Shown: positions 52,248 to 63,075, counted from the whole stretch's first letter. The stretch is DNA of 63,283 nucleotides, filler included, from Octopus bimaculoides (GCF_001194135.2; 7 parts of 7 records of this genome joined end to end with filler, not necessarily neighbours in it); one strand, 5' to 3'. The notes: generated by a model not told the origin, from the letters alone. Numbers and translations are program-made.

Positions 52248-52995
52248 TTGATAGATATATACATAAATACGTACTACATACTTACATACACACACACACG
52301 TATATACATACACACACATTAGGGTGGGTGTGTAGTAAATGTGATTATATGTTGCCTGAAGTGGTATTCCTTCTTTCTATTAAATATCTCTGCTCTCTGA
52401 GAGTTTAGTAACCAAACAAGAGACAGGTGGAAAGAAGTGTGCTCAGAAGAAAGCTTAAGAATAGTTTCTTACATACACAAGAGTGCTACCAGCAGTAGTA
52501 GCAAAAACTATGGTTGAATAAAGAAATGCTTTGTGTTGGATATAATCACAATAGGACTTGGGTTTCTGATTCACAATTGTTCTAGTTTTCAGAAGTCATA
52601 GCAGCTGTAGTCCTTGCTATCCAGCTGAACTGTTACGCATTCATGAGCGAATTTGCTAAACAACAAACAATTTAGACCATCCACTGAAACAGTGATGGAA
52701 GGTGTCTTTCTATAAAATGATTTGTTCAAACAAAAGAATTTCATATGATTTACAGGAGAGCTTGCATATATCTATGTTGTAAATTTCGGCTGACGTCCAA
52801 CTGTTTGTCGTTCGTATGGTCAAAATTTCATTAAATTGGTTTCATCTACAAAAAGAATTGAATGTTTTTGCTAATTAAATAGTAATTTGATTAATTGAAC
52901 AGAAAAAAAAGCCTTAGGAAAATAGCAGATATATCATAGTATCGATTGTATTGAGTTCTCTCTCTCTCTCTCTTTATCTCTTTTTTTTTTCCTAC

Positions 52996-53017
52996 TTGGC
53001 ACTCGATCATCATATGT
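52996..53017 (-). CDS. Candidate 22-nt microexon B
   Basis: TGTCTTAGCAG|ACATATGATGATCGAGTGCCAA|GTAGGA. Homologous in length, sequence and flanks to 54221-54242. Confidence 0.45.
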
Positions 53018-54220
53018 CTGCTAAGACATAAAACGGCGATAAAAAGAGCTGTAGATAAAGAATACTGCCACAAAAAGAAAAACAAAGCACTACGATAAAA
53101 TTATTTTCATGTTAACTCAAATAACATGGGAAAGAAACAAACAAATATATGTGACAACCCTACCGATATAGATATATATATATATATANNNNNNNNNNNN
53201 NNNNNNNNNNNNNNNNNNNNNNNNNNNNNNNNNNNNNNNNNNNNNNNNNNNNNNNNNNNNNNNNNNNNNNNNNNNNNNNNNNNNNNNNNNNNNNNNNNNN
53301 NNNNNNNNNNNNNNNNNNNNNNNNNNNNNNNNNNNNNNNNNNNNNNNNNNNNNNNNNNNNNNNNNNNNNNNNNNNNNNNNNNNNNNNNNNNNNNNNNNNN
53401 NNNNNNNNNNNNNNNNNNNNNNNNNNNNNNNNNNNNNNNNNNNNNNNNNNNNNNNNNNNNNNNNNNNNNNNNNNNNNNNNNNNNNNNNNNNNNNNNNNNN
53501 NNNNNNNNNNNNNNNNNNNNNNNNNNNNNNNNNNNNNNNNNNNNNNNNNNNNNNNNNNNNNNNNNNNNNNNNNNNNNNNNNNNNNNNNNNNNNNNNNNNN
53601 NNNNNNNNNNNNNNNNNNNNNNNNNNNNNNNNNNNNNNNNNNNNNNNNNNNNNNNNNNNNNNNNNNNNNNNNNNNNNNNNNNNNNNNNNNNNNNNNNNNN
53701 NNNNNNNNNNNNNNNNNNNNNNNNNNNNNNNNNNNNNNNNNNNNNNNNNNNNNNNNNNNNNNNNNNNNNNNNNNNNNNNNNNNNNNNATATATATATAAA
53801 AGGAAAGAGAGACAGACAGACAGACAGACAGACAACAGAAAATGGAATTAATGATATTCTTTATTTAAAAACACTACAATTGTTTCGGCACATTGTGGAC
53901 TCTGTAGCTCATAGCTGCGATGTTGTACAGTCATTATTTTACATCCCAGGTGTAGATTGCACTTCCTCAGGTGATTTCTTAAAATATGTCCTTCGTTAGA
54001 TACTCTTGTCATTTCACTCATTTTTATTAATGTATACCAGGAGCGATGTGTCATTCCAGCAGTTCGCAAAAAGTATGATACATCACTCTAGGTATATATA
54101 TATGTAGATATGTCAGTAGGTGGGTATATATGTATGCGTGTGTGTATGTGTATGTGTGTGTATGTATTTGTGTGTGCATAGGATTGTCAGATGAATTTGC
54201 TTTTTCTTTTCTTTTCTTAC

Positions 54221-54242
54221 TTGACATTGCATTGTCATATGT
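54221..54242 (-). CDS. Candidate 22-nt microexon A
   Basis: CTATCTCTTTTCAG|ACATATGACAATGCAATGTCAA|GTAAGA. Strong splice signals; paralogous to 52996-53017. Confidence 0.5.
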
Positions 54243-54470
54243 CTGAAAAGAGATAGAATTTATTTAAATTTAAAATATACGATAAACAAAAGTTTTAGAC
54301 GAAGACAATAAATAAATAAAATACTACGAGAAAAATATTTTTCGTGTTAATTCAAATAACATTGGAAAAGATTAACTGAATGAGAGAGAGTGGGGTGAAC
54401 GAACGGTTTTATACGACAAACCAGTATTATGACATTAAAGGAAAGTAAGATCAGAAATTATGACAAGACA

Positions 54471-54810
54471 AGGCCGCAAGATGGCAGAATCGTTAGCACG
54501 CCGGGCGAAATGCTTAGCCGTGTTTCGTCTGTCTGAGTTCAAATTCTGCCGAGATCGACTTTGCCTTTCATCTTTTAAGGCGGCGAGCTGGCAGAATCGT
54601 TAGTACGCCGGGCGAAATGCTAAGCGGTATTTCGCTTGCGTTACGTTCTGAGTTCAAATTCCGCCGAGGTCGACTTTGCCTTTCATCCTTTCGGGGTCGA
54701 TAAATTAAGTACCATTTACGCACTGGGGTCCATGTAATCGACTTAATCCGTTCGTCTGTCCTTGTTTGTTCCCTCTATGTTTAGCCCCTTGTGGGCAATA
54801 AAGAAATAAG
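54471..54810 (+). mobile_element. Tandem SINE family B pair (3'-truncated copy 54471-54576, full copy 54577-54810)
   Basis: Two consecutive heads GGC.G..AG.TGGCAGAATCGTTAG.ACGCCGGGCGAAATGCT. The second ends GTGGGCAATAAAGAAATAAG. Confidence 0.9.
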
Positions 54811-54983
54811 GTCTTATTCGGTTATGCATGATTCCACAATGGATGTATCCATTAATATGTTGCTATTTAGTAATCTGCTTCAATGAAAATTTTGGATCCA
54901 ATTTTCGATCTTCTCCAGAAATCGTTTTATGTTGAGTTTCAGAGGGTAAACTTTATCAATTCATTAGTGTTTACACATTTAAT

Positions 54984-55353
54984 GGAGGCGCAATGGCCCA
55001 GTGGTTAGGGCAGCGGACTCGCGGTCATAGGATCGCGGTGTCGATTCCCAGACCGGGCGTTGTGAGTGTTTATTGAGCGAAAACACTTAAAAGCTCCACG
55101 AGGCTCCGGCAGGGGATGGTGGTGAACCCTGCTGTGCTCTTTCGCCACAACTTTCTCTCACTTCTTGTTTCTGTTGTGCCTGTAACTCAAAGGGTCAGCC
55201 TTGTCACACTGTGTCACGCTGAATCTCCCCGAGAGCTACGTGTCTGTGGAGTGCTCAGTCACTTGCACGTTAATTTCACGAGCAGGCTGTTCCGTTGATC
55301 GGATCAACTGGAACCCTCGACGTCGTAAGCGACGGAGTGCCAAGAACAACAAC
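54984..55353 (+). mobile_element. tRNA-derived SINE, family C
   Basis: A box TGGCCCAGTGGTTAGG and B box GGTGTCGATTCC, followed by about 290 bp of tRNA-unrelated body and a (CAA)n tail. Not a functional tRNA. Confidence 0.8.
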
Positions 55354-55389
55354 ATATTTAATGTAGGAATCATTTCATATAGGAATTAA

Positions 55390-55500
55390 GTGACAGAATT
55401 GTTAGACTGTTGGATAGAATTCTTTCTGCCACTTACTGTTCTGAGATCAAATCCTGTCGAGGTCAACTTTACCTTTTCATCTGTTCGGGGTCGATAAAAT
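55390..55500 (+). mobile_element. Degenerate SINE family B
   Basis: CAGAATTGTTAG...GTTCTGAGATCAAATCC.GTCGAGGTCAACTTT.CCTTTTCATC..TTCGGGGTCGATAAAAT. Confidence 0.6.
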
Positions 55501-55719
55501 GCTGCAATCAATCGCAGTGGATTGATGGAGCTGTTTTGAAGGCCGGGAAAGAAGTTTTGCAGTATCTGCTTTGGCTTTTCGCCTTTTGAAAGAAATGTCT
55601 GTGATGACCCTGGTAGCAAGCTGTACAGGCCCAACTTACCGGCCCTTCTCTTGGATAAACTTCGGTGTTGTGTAGAAAGGAGACTTGAGCGCATTGCCCG
55701 TTGTCTTCTTTATAAAAAT

Positions 55720-55816
55720 CATGTGGTTCAGTCCCACTGTGTGGCACCTCGGGCAACTTTCTTCTACTATGGCTCCAGAAGACCGCTGCTTTGTAAGTGA
55801 AATTCGTTGACGGCAA

Positions 55817-55879
<63 letters not shown>

Positions 55880-55913
55880 TTTGAGTTCGTAGTTTGTTTA
55901 CGTCCCGTAACTT
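55720..55913 (+). mobile_element. SINE family A fragment with internal (TG)n
   Basis: CATGTGGTTCAGTCCCACTGTGTGGCACCTCGGGCAA...(TG)n...TGTTTACGTCCCGTAACTT. Confidence 0.7.
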
Positions 55914-57530
55914 TGTCGTGTGTGTGTATATGGGTGTGTGTGTATATGGGTGTGTGTGTGTGTACGTATACATATCTATAGACAGATATATGTGTTTGAG
56001 TGTATGTTAGTATACATATGTGTGTGTATGCGCACGCACGCAGATTTGTGTAAATCATTAGGTCATGAGGCAATGACTAATAATATTTTAATTAAGTTCA
56101 GCAATTGCATGAGACTATTTCAGACGTGTTTCTGTATTATTAAAACCTCATCAGTTTGAGCAAAACCTCTACCATACTTGTCAAAGTAAACTAATAGGGG
56201 AAAAAACCCACTGTGCGCTGATTGGCATAGAAAAATCCATTTGTTTATTAATCCAATATTTCAGAGACCTCATCTGCATGAAAAAAATAGCAAAGATGAT
56301 GTTAACATATTTAGTCCTGTAAACATTAAAAGCCTAATCAAAAAATAATTATTAGAATATTAAAAACTAAAATTTTTCTAATCCTCAGCTATTGACCGTA
56401 AGTATAATGTTCAAACCCATTTTTCTTTCCTTTTTATCTTCTTTTATTTTTTACTTTTTGTAAAAATTCATCTAAATCGCTTCTACTTTATCTTTTGCTT
56501 ATCTTATGTATCACATGGAATACACAGAACATATTTCCCTGAAGTTTATGCATCATATATGATACACATTACCCATTTATATTCAACCACAAGAGAAAAT
56601 GTATGAAACAAAAGCTAACTAAAAGTCTGAAAACAAGCATGGATATTTAGGAGAAACATGAAAATTCTTTGATCAGGAAAAGGGTTAACGGCATTTCTTG
56701 GTAACTGAAATTATTATATCTTCGGTAACTCAAAATATTATTCAGTATTCAACTAACCGATTCCTCATAGTAGACTATAAACTGCGACATTTCATTATAT
56801 TGTCAGTAAAATATTGCTACATATATGTATGAATTTATATAATAAAAACAGTATAAAAATGGAGTTTTATGTACAGTACTGATAATTTTTTTACCTTCTT
56901 CCATCGTCCATCGACATGAAAATCCCTTCTTTCCTTTAATTTTTTTTTCGTTACTTTTTCATTCTTTCAGTTACACTGTGTAACAGATATTTTATCATTT
57001 GGTTGGCAACTGTTATTTCCTATTTGCTTACCCCTAGAAAACATGAAAAACGGCTAATATTTTCTTTAAAGTTTGCTTTAGTTACATTTATTCAAACCCC
57101 AAAGAATCCTTCTCAACACATGGCTATGATGCTCCCCCACTACTTCTGCTCGTGATCAGAGATGCACATATTGTCGGCCACTAAGGGACATGCTCAACTG
57201 GTTAAGGTCAAACAACTGACAAGCAAACCTGTAGTACAGAGCAGAATATTTGCTATAATGATATTTCTGCTTCAGAAACCCAGCACTAGATCTATCTAAA
57301 ATGTAATGGAAAATAGGTAAATTTCAAAACATTGATGACAAAAGCAAATTTTGAAGTTGTTCCTTTGATTTGTACATGGAAGCAAATAGGAAATAACACT
57401 TACAGACCAAAGACAAAAAGAAAAAAAAAATTTATTACATGGTGTTATCCAAGCTAAAACAAGGTTAGTAAATTTCGAGAACAACTATCCTGTTATTTTC
57501 TTAATTATTCCATATGACAAAAGATAATGT

Positions 57531-57640
57531 TGAAAGGAAAAGCTGACCTCGTCATAATTTCGACTCAGAATGTAAACAGTCGGAACAAATATCATAAAGC
57601 TTTACTTCTCCCGACGCGCTAACGATTATGTTAACTTGCT
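57531..57640 (-). mobile_element. SINE family B head fragment
   Basis: Reverse complement of AATCGTTAGCGCG...ACATTCTGAGTCGAAATT...GAGGTCAGCTTTTCCTTTCA. Confidence 0.55.
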
Positions 57641-57984
57641 TNNNNNNNNNNNNNNNNNNNNNNNNNNNNNNNNNNNNNNNNNNNNTTAATTAATTAANNN
57701 NNNNNNNNNNNNNNNNNNNNNNNNNNNNNNNNNNNNNNNNNTCTTACCTTAACGACTGAACAGCAGATGCGATTATTTTCATCTGGAAATTAATTTCAAG
57801 AAACAAAAATTTGAGTTTAACATATAAATGTGCACAAATTTATCATTTTTATAAGAATAGGATGGATCATATCTGAAAGCAGCTCTAGGAGTTTTGAAGA
57901 CTGAATTCGTACGTAGTCTGTTTCCGAGAGCTGTTCTATTGGACTCCTGTCCAATCATTAAAATGTTGTTTTAATGATCCAGCA

Positions 57985-58461
57985 TTACGTGCTGTAGTAT
58001 GTGTTTGCTAATCTTGGGAGTGTCTCATCTCCCGTCTGTATTAAAAATCCTTTTGACAAGCTGCAGTGTGCTTTTACTGATCTTGGGAATGTCTCATCTC
58101 TCCTGCAACTCCATTTGACGTGTCGCAGCATGTGTTTGCTGATCTTGGCAAAGGTTCCTATCGCTTCTGCTTTGAAACTTGAATTGAAGTGCTGCCGAAT
58201 GCGTTTGCTGCTGTTGGAAATGTCTCACTCCATGTCTCTCTTGACACTTCATCTGAAGTGATGTAGTATGCATTTGCTCATCTTGGGAAAGTCTCAGCAC
58301 CCTCTCGTAATGAGACTCCATTTGACGTTGTGCAGCATGCGATTGCTAATTCTGAGACTGACTCACCACGCTTCTGTCCTAAGACTCTCAACTTCGGTGT
58401 CTACAAACCTCGTTGCTTTGTACCTGTTTCTGAAGAGAGTACGTCTTTTCTTTGGTAGCAT
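57985..58461 (-). pseudogene. Decayed ORF of six 69-bp (23-aa) repeats, STPR-like, probable Helitron Rep/Hel N-terminal relic
   Basis: Repeat anchors at 58013, 58082, 58144, 58213, 58282 and 58351 (spacing 69, 62, 69, 69, 69). Peptide units SQN*QSHAAQRQMESHYERVLRL / SQDEQMHTTSLQMKCQERHGVRH / FQQQQTHSAALQFKFQSRSDRNL, preceded by basic MLPKKRRTLFRNR (ATG 58461). Stops and frameshifts are present. Confidence 0.55.
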
Positions 58462-58799
58462 ATCCTTTTCAATATTGTAAGCAAAAAATTATGGATATAG
58501 AGAAAATTCTACATTAATCTCCATTTTTGTAANNNNNNNNNNNNNNNNNNNNNNNNNNNNNNNNNNNNNNNNNNNNNNNNNNNNNNNNNNNNNNNNNNNN
58601 NNNNNNNNNNNNNNNNNNNNNNNNNNNNNNNNGACTTGTATTGTAATAATAGGAAACATAGATTCACTATTCTAACTACTATACTGGTCAATTCTTTTCT
58701 GAATTCTCAACTATAACCTAACTGTATTTAAACACGTGATATCGCTTCCTATCTCTTCTCACTTTCTTTTTCATCCTCCTTACTGTGGGACACAAATTT

Positions 58800-58900
58800 G
58801 CTCTGAAATATTTCTTTAATCAGTCACTCATTAGAGTGATTAAATTCTGGAATTCTCTCTTCATCCATGGCGTTTCCCCCAGACATCAACCTCTTCCAAC
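58800..58900 (+). mobile_element. Short CR1/L2-type ORF2 C-terminal remnant
   Basis: FFNQSLIRVIKFWNSL resembles the 'FF..RVI..WNSLP' end motif. Confidence 0.4.
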
Positions 58901-58991
58901 TTGCCAATCTCTAAGAATTCAACAAAATGATGGATGTTGCCTGTCTGTACTTAAACGGTTTATGAAAGAAAATAGAAACTGAAATTCTTAC

Positions 58992-59098
58992 TTGGAACAA
59001 ACATGGATTACTACTGTAAGAATGAGACAGACTAATGATATTCCGCAGCCAATGTAAGATGTTATATATAAGAGGTGACTAATATCATGTTTGACATC
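58992..59098 (-). CDS. Adhesion GPCR exon encoding the end of the stalk and TM1
   Basis: TTTCTGTTGCAG|GAT... phase 0, donor AA|GTAAGA phase 2. DVKHDISHLLYITSYIGCGISLVCLILTVVIHVCS matches the 'L..ITYIGC.ISL.CL.LT' TM1 signature of adhesion GPCRs. Confidence 0.88.
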
Positions 59099-60277
59099 CT
59101 GCAACAGAAACAAATAACAACGTATTAACTCCTTTTTCCATTCCTTCCTATGTCGGTCAATAATTACATAAGTTATGAGTGTATAAGATGTTGATGTAAA
59201 ACGTGAGGTATGCGTAAGCTGCATTAATGAGAATATTATTAGTGATTGCATGTTGGATGGGAGACAGTTTCACCACATTCATCATGTATATATGAGCTGT
59301 ATAAGTATAAGAATGAGATGTACCACCAGCTCATAGACCGGTGTTATTTCTTTCTCATTCCCTTAACACAAGGCTAATTAAAATAATTCTTCCACTAACA
59401 CACCTTGATGTTGTATGATCAGTTTCTTTTACACTGAGCAGCAGCATTTTTTAACACGTAAGAGGACGTGTCTACTTCAGGTATACTTTGCCCATGGATA
59501 CTATAGATTTTGAGTCATGCTGAGTGTTTGTTCGTCTCATTTTGGTTCAATATATGACACGAAATATGTGATGAATAAATATTTAGATACAGAAAGAAAC
59601 GTGAAATTAAAATTATTTTGGTAACAAAAATTTACAGAAATGAAAATAATAATAAAGGCAAGTGAATTGATTCAGTAGATAAAGCTGACAATGATAGAAG
59701 CAACATCAGTGTGTTAGTAGATTAAATCTACAAGCAGCAGAAGCATTTCATAACTAAGAAGTAGTGGATACGTGTTCATTATTGATACAAAAATATCAAC
59801 TGAAGAAATCCTATAAATGAGAAGAGACTTCATATAACAGGATCATGAAAAGACCAAGAGTTTAACATCTAACAGCCAACATGTTTATTGTGCTATGCAG
59901 GTCTATTATATCTTAAACATGTCTTTATCACCTAGACTACCATTCAGATGGTTTCAACACAATAGAGTTTACAACCAGGACACATGACTGTCTCTCTCAA
60001 TCCCTTTCACATCAATGCTGAAGGAATTCTCATGTATTTTGTTGAGGATGATAGCTTGGAAAATTTAAAGGACACAATCCCAGGTTGAATCTAATAAACA
60101 ACAGCAACTGTAACAAGAACAACAGAGACATTTTACAATATTTCAACCTCGCGTATTTACTAATAACCTACCATATTTACCACGATATCCACCATCTTGT
60201 AGTTGCTGAAATTATTAATGCAAAGACATAAGTAGCCCAATTACAGGTAATTAACAATTTGTCATAATCTTACCAAC

Positions 60278-60427
60278 CATTAATATGGCAAAACTTGTCA
60301 GATGGTTACAGGAACAAAACATTTTCTCTCCAGGTACATACATGGATGTATTACAGCCTTTTGTTGACCAATGAGGATCCTGTCCAGGAGATTCATCCCA
60401 ATAAACACACTGTGGGTTGAAGAGATT
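60278..60427 (-). CDS. Adhesion GPCR exon encoding the GPS motif (GAIN C-terminus)
   Basis: TTATTTTTTTCAG| acceptor; 150 nt = NLFNPQCVYWDESPGQDPHWSTKGCNTSMYVPGEKMFCSCNHLTSFAILM, with the GPS consensus C-x2-W...W-x3-GC...C-x-C-x-HLT-x-F-A-x-LM. Confidence 0.92.
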
Positions 60428-60688
60428 CTGAAAAAAATAACATTTTGGTAATTTATACAAATTACTTTGTAATTAAAATACAAGTAGTGAATCTTTGATA
60501 GTTTCATTAACAAAATATCAAAACAGATGATGCCCAACACTGTTTGTCTGCTATCGGCATTTTGAATCCAACATTACTGGTTGTGGCANNNNNNNNNNNN
60601 NNNNNNNNNNNNNNNNNNNNNNNNNNNNNNNNTTAATTAATTAANNNNNNNNNNNNNNNNNNNNNNNNNNNNNNNNNNNNNNNNNNNN

Positions 60689-60761
<73 letters not shown>

Positions 60762-61440
60762 CATATATATACGCATACATATACACATATATACTCACAC
60801 GTACACGCACTTGTATGCGTAATCGAGAAGAGATATTGTATAAAAAAATGGTCGTGAAGAAATCGACGGAAGATTGAAACTGTAACCACTACTGTTGCTT
60901 ACGACAGCTGTTTAAGTGTCACTGTCTGCAAAGTAACACAGAAGCCTCCACAAGGCCACTCATTTTGCTAGAAATCACAATCATATTTTACTCAACTCAC
61001 ACCCTACCATCTTATTAAATGAAACCGCATTGACATATTTCTTGGGCGGCGGTAAAGGAGGGAACGCCTTTGATTATCGACTCGCGGAATCCGATTTAAG
61101 CCTCAACTATAACCGTGTTGGACTTCTTAAGAAATATATGTTACAATGCAGACTAATATAGCATTATAAATTTACTTATGAAACCATTGCTTGCTTGTGA
61201 CAGTTATATATATTATTAATGAAGAGAGATGGCAGTACAAAGTCAATTAGTGCTACAATAATTAAAATTTAATACAGCCTGAAGAGATTCGGTAATTTAG
61301 TCTGAACGGCAAAAAGCTATAAAATATTCCTTATTGATTATTCAGAGGAAAGTTACTCTTGAATGCTTTCCTTCCAGCGGCTGGGCTGACATTGACTATA
61401 AATTTGTTGAAATACTCGGACACTTGCTCAAGGCATTCCT

Positions 61441-61705
61441 AAGGGTAATCTTCAAGTTTAGGGGGATAAAAAAAATAAATAAAAATATTCAAGGGAAGTA
61501 ACTGAACGTCTTACCAGTATTTTCCGTACATCTCTGTTTATAAATAAATCACACACGTGATTTGACTGACGTTAGGGTTAGGGTTAGGATGTGATTTATT
61601 TATAAACAGCTAGAAGAAAACGGATAATACTGGTAAATCGTTCAGTTATTTCCCTTGAATATATTTATTTATTTTTTTTATCCCCCTAAACTTGAAGATT
61701 ACCTT
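61441..61705. mobile_element. MITE-like fold-back, arms about 112 bp, with TTAGGG repeats in the loop
   Basis: 61441-61553 pairs with 61590-61705. The loop contains CACGTG and GTTAGGGTTAGGGTTAGG (61571-61588). Confidence 0.85.
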
Positions 61706-61744
61706 CCTAAGCTTATCACAAGTTTTTGTCGCATTCCGAAAAAC

Positions 61745-62014
61745 CTAAAACACAACTGGAACCCTAAGTAAGGCATCTGTAAAATTTGAATGAAATTGGT
61801 TGTGTAGTTCTCGAGTTTTAGGGATTCACACAGACAGACAGACAGACAGACAGGCACACATTCTCATTTTTATATATATAGATATCTATATATATAAAAA
61901 TGAGAATGTCTGTCTGTCTGTCTGTCTGTGTGAATCCCTAAAACTCGAGAACTACGCAACCAATTTCATTCAAATTTTACACATGCCTTACTTAGGGTTC
62001 CAGTTGTGTTTTAG
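61745..62014. mobile_element. Head-to-head palindrome of a Helitron-like non-autonomous element 5' end
   Basis: Centre TATATATATA-GA-TA-TC-TATATATATA at 61883/61884. Each arm reads TCTATATATATAAAAATGAGAATG(TCTG)nTGTGAATCCCTAAAACTCGAGAACTAC..., a 5'-TC start plus subterminal (TCTG)n as in Helitron/DINE-type elements. Confidence 0.65.
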
Positions 62015-62309
62015 TAAAAAAAAATTATTAACTTCTNNNNNNNNNNNNNNNNNNNNNNNNNNNNNNNNNNNNNNNNNNNNTTAATTAATTAANNNNNNNN
62101 NNNNNNNNNNNNNNNNNNNNNNNNNNNNNNNNNNNNTAGATATTTTGGTCATGCAGGGTGATTTAAATGGTGTGTCGAATTAACATGAATCAGTGCTATT
62201 TTTTCACTATCACTTCTATTGATACAAAAACGAAGTTGCACACTTCATGTAATGAGAGACCGCTAAAACAGGGAAGTAACAAAACTGTAGTGTGAAATGT
62301 GGAGTAGTG

Positions 62310-62565
62310 GGGGAGGGGCAATGAATCTTTTATAGGCTGACCAAAATATTCTCATGGGCTGTGTCGACAGGAAGTTTATTTCCCAACATAGTTCCCCTTG
62401 CGGTCAACAAACTTTTTTCCATCGGTGTTGCAGTGATCGGATTCCATTGGTGAAGAAGCTCGTATCTTGTTGCTATAAAAGAAGTTATCAGCTGCAGATG
62501 TGACATTATCATCATTACGATATTGGTTCGCATAACCAATGAAATGTTGTTGAAGATGGTGGCCA
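62310..62565 (-). mobile_element. Mariner transposase C-terminal relic with degenerate right TIR
   Basis: Minus strand reads ...NQYRNDDNVTSAADNF...LQHRWKK/FVDRKGNYVGK*, matching the mariner 'R(W).KCV...G.Y.EK' ending, followed by a TIR-like GGTCAGCCTATAAAAG. Confidence 0.7.
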
Positions 62566-62580
62566 CATATTATAACCTAC

Positions 62581-62627
62581 AATAATAATAATAAATGATA
62601 ATGATAATGATCATCATAATGATAATA

Positions 62628-62676
<49 letters not shown>

Positions 62677-62763
62677 GAAGAAGAAGAAGAAGAAGAAGAA
62701 GAAGAAGAAGAAGAAGAAGAAGAAGAAGAAGAAGAAGAAGAAGAAGAAGAAGAAGAAGAAGAA
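62581..62763 (+). repeat. Compound microsatellite (TAA)n-(TGA)n-(GAA)n
   Basis: Direct reading. Confidence 0.95.
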
Positions 62764-62828
62764 AGTAAATTTGTTGAAATTTTTGTAGTCTGCTAGCACA
62801 ATCGTTAGTACATAGAGGAAAATTGCTT

Positions 62829-62927
62829 GCGGGGTCGATAAAATCAGTACCAGTTATGAACTGGATGGGTGTAATCGACTTTCCCCCCTTCCCTGAAATT
62901 ACTGATCGTGTGCCAAAATTTGCGACG
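62829..62927 (+). mobile_element. SINE family B tail fragment
   Basis: CGGGGTCGATAAAATCAGTACCAG...GTGTAATCGACTT...GTGTGCCAAAATTTG. Confidence 0.7.
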
Positions 62928-63075
62928 TATATAAAAAAAGGGGTTTAAGGGCAACAAGCCCGACAGAATTTTTGGTGGTGTTTCTTCCAACTCTTTCATT
63001 TCTGAGTACAAATTGGTCCGTATTTCCAGGTTCAACAAAAAAGGCACTCCATCTAACGAGAGTAAATATTGTTTG

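Noticed and set aside
54984-55060. Possible tRNA gene
   Set aside because: A and B boxes are present, but the acceptor and anticodon stems do not close and a long SINE body with a (CAA)n tail follows.
57085-57260. Sequence resembling a recalled octopus interspersed repeat (likewise 8340-8510)
   Set aside because: There is only one copy in the window and no diagnostic motif, so it cannot be supported without a repeat-library search.
52996-58992. Joining the GPCR TM1 exon (phase 2) to the 22-nt microexons
   Set aside because: The phase fits, but the peptide does not resemble ICL1/TM2 and an artificial spacer lies between them.
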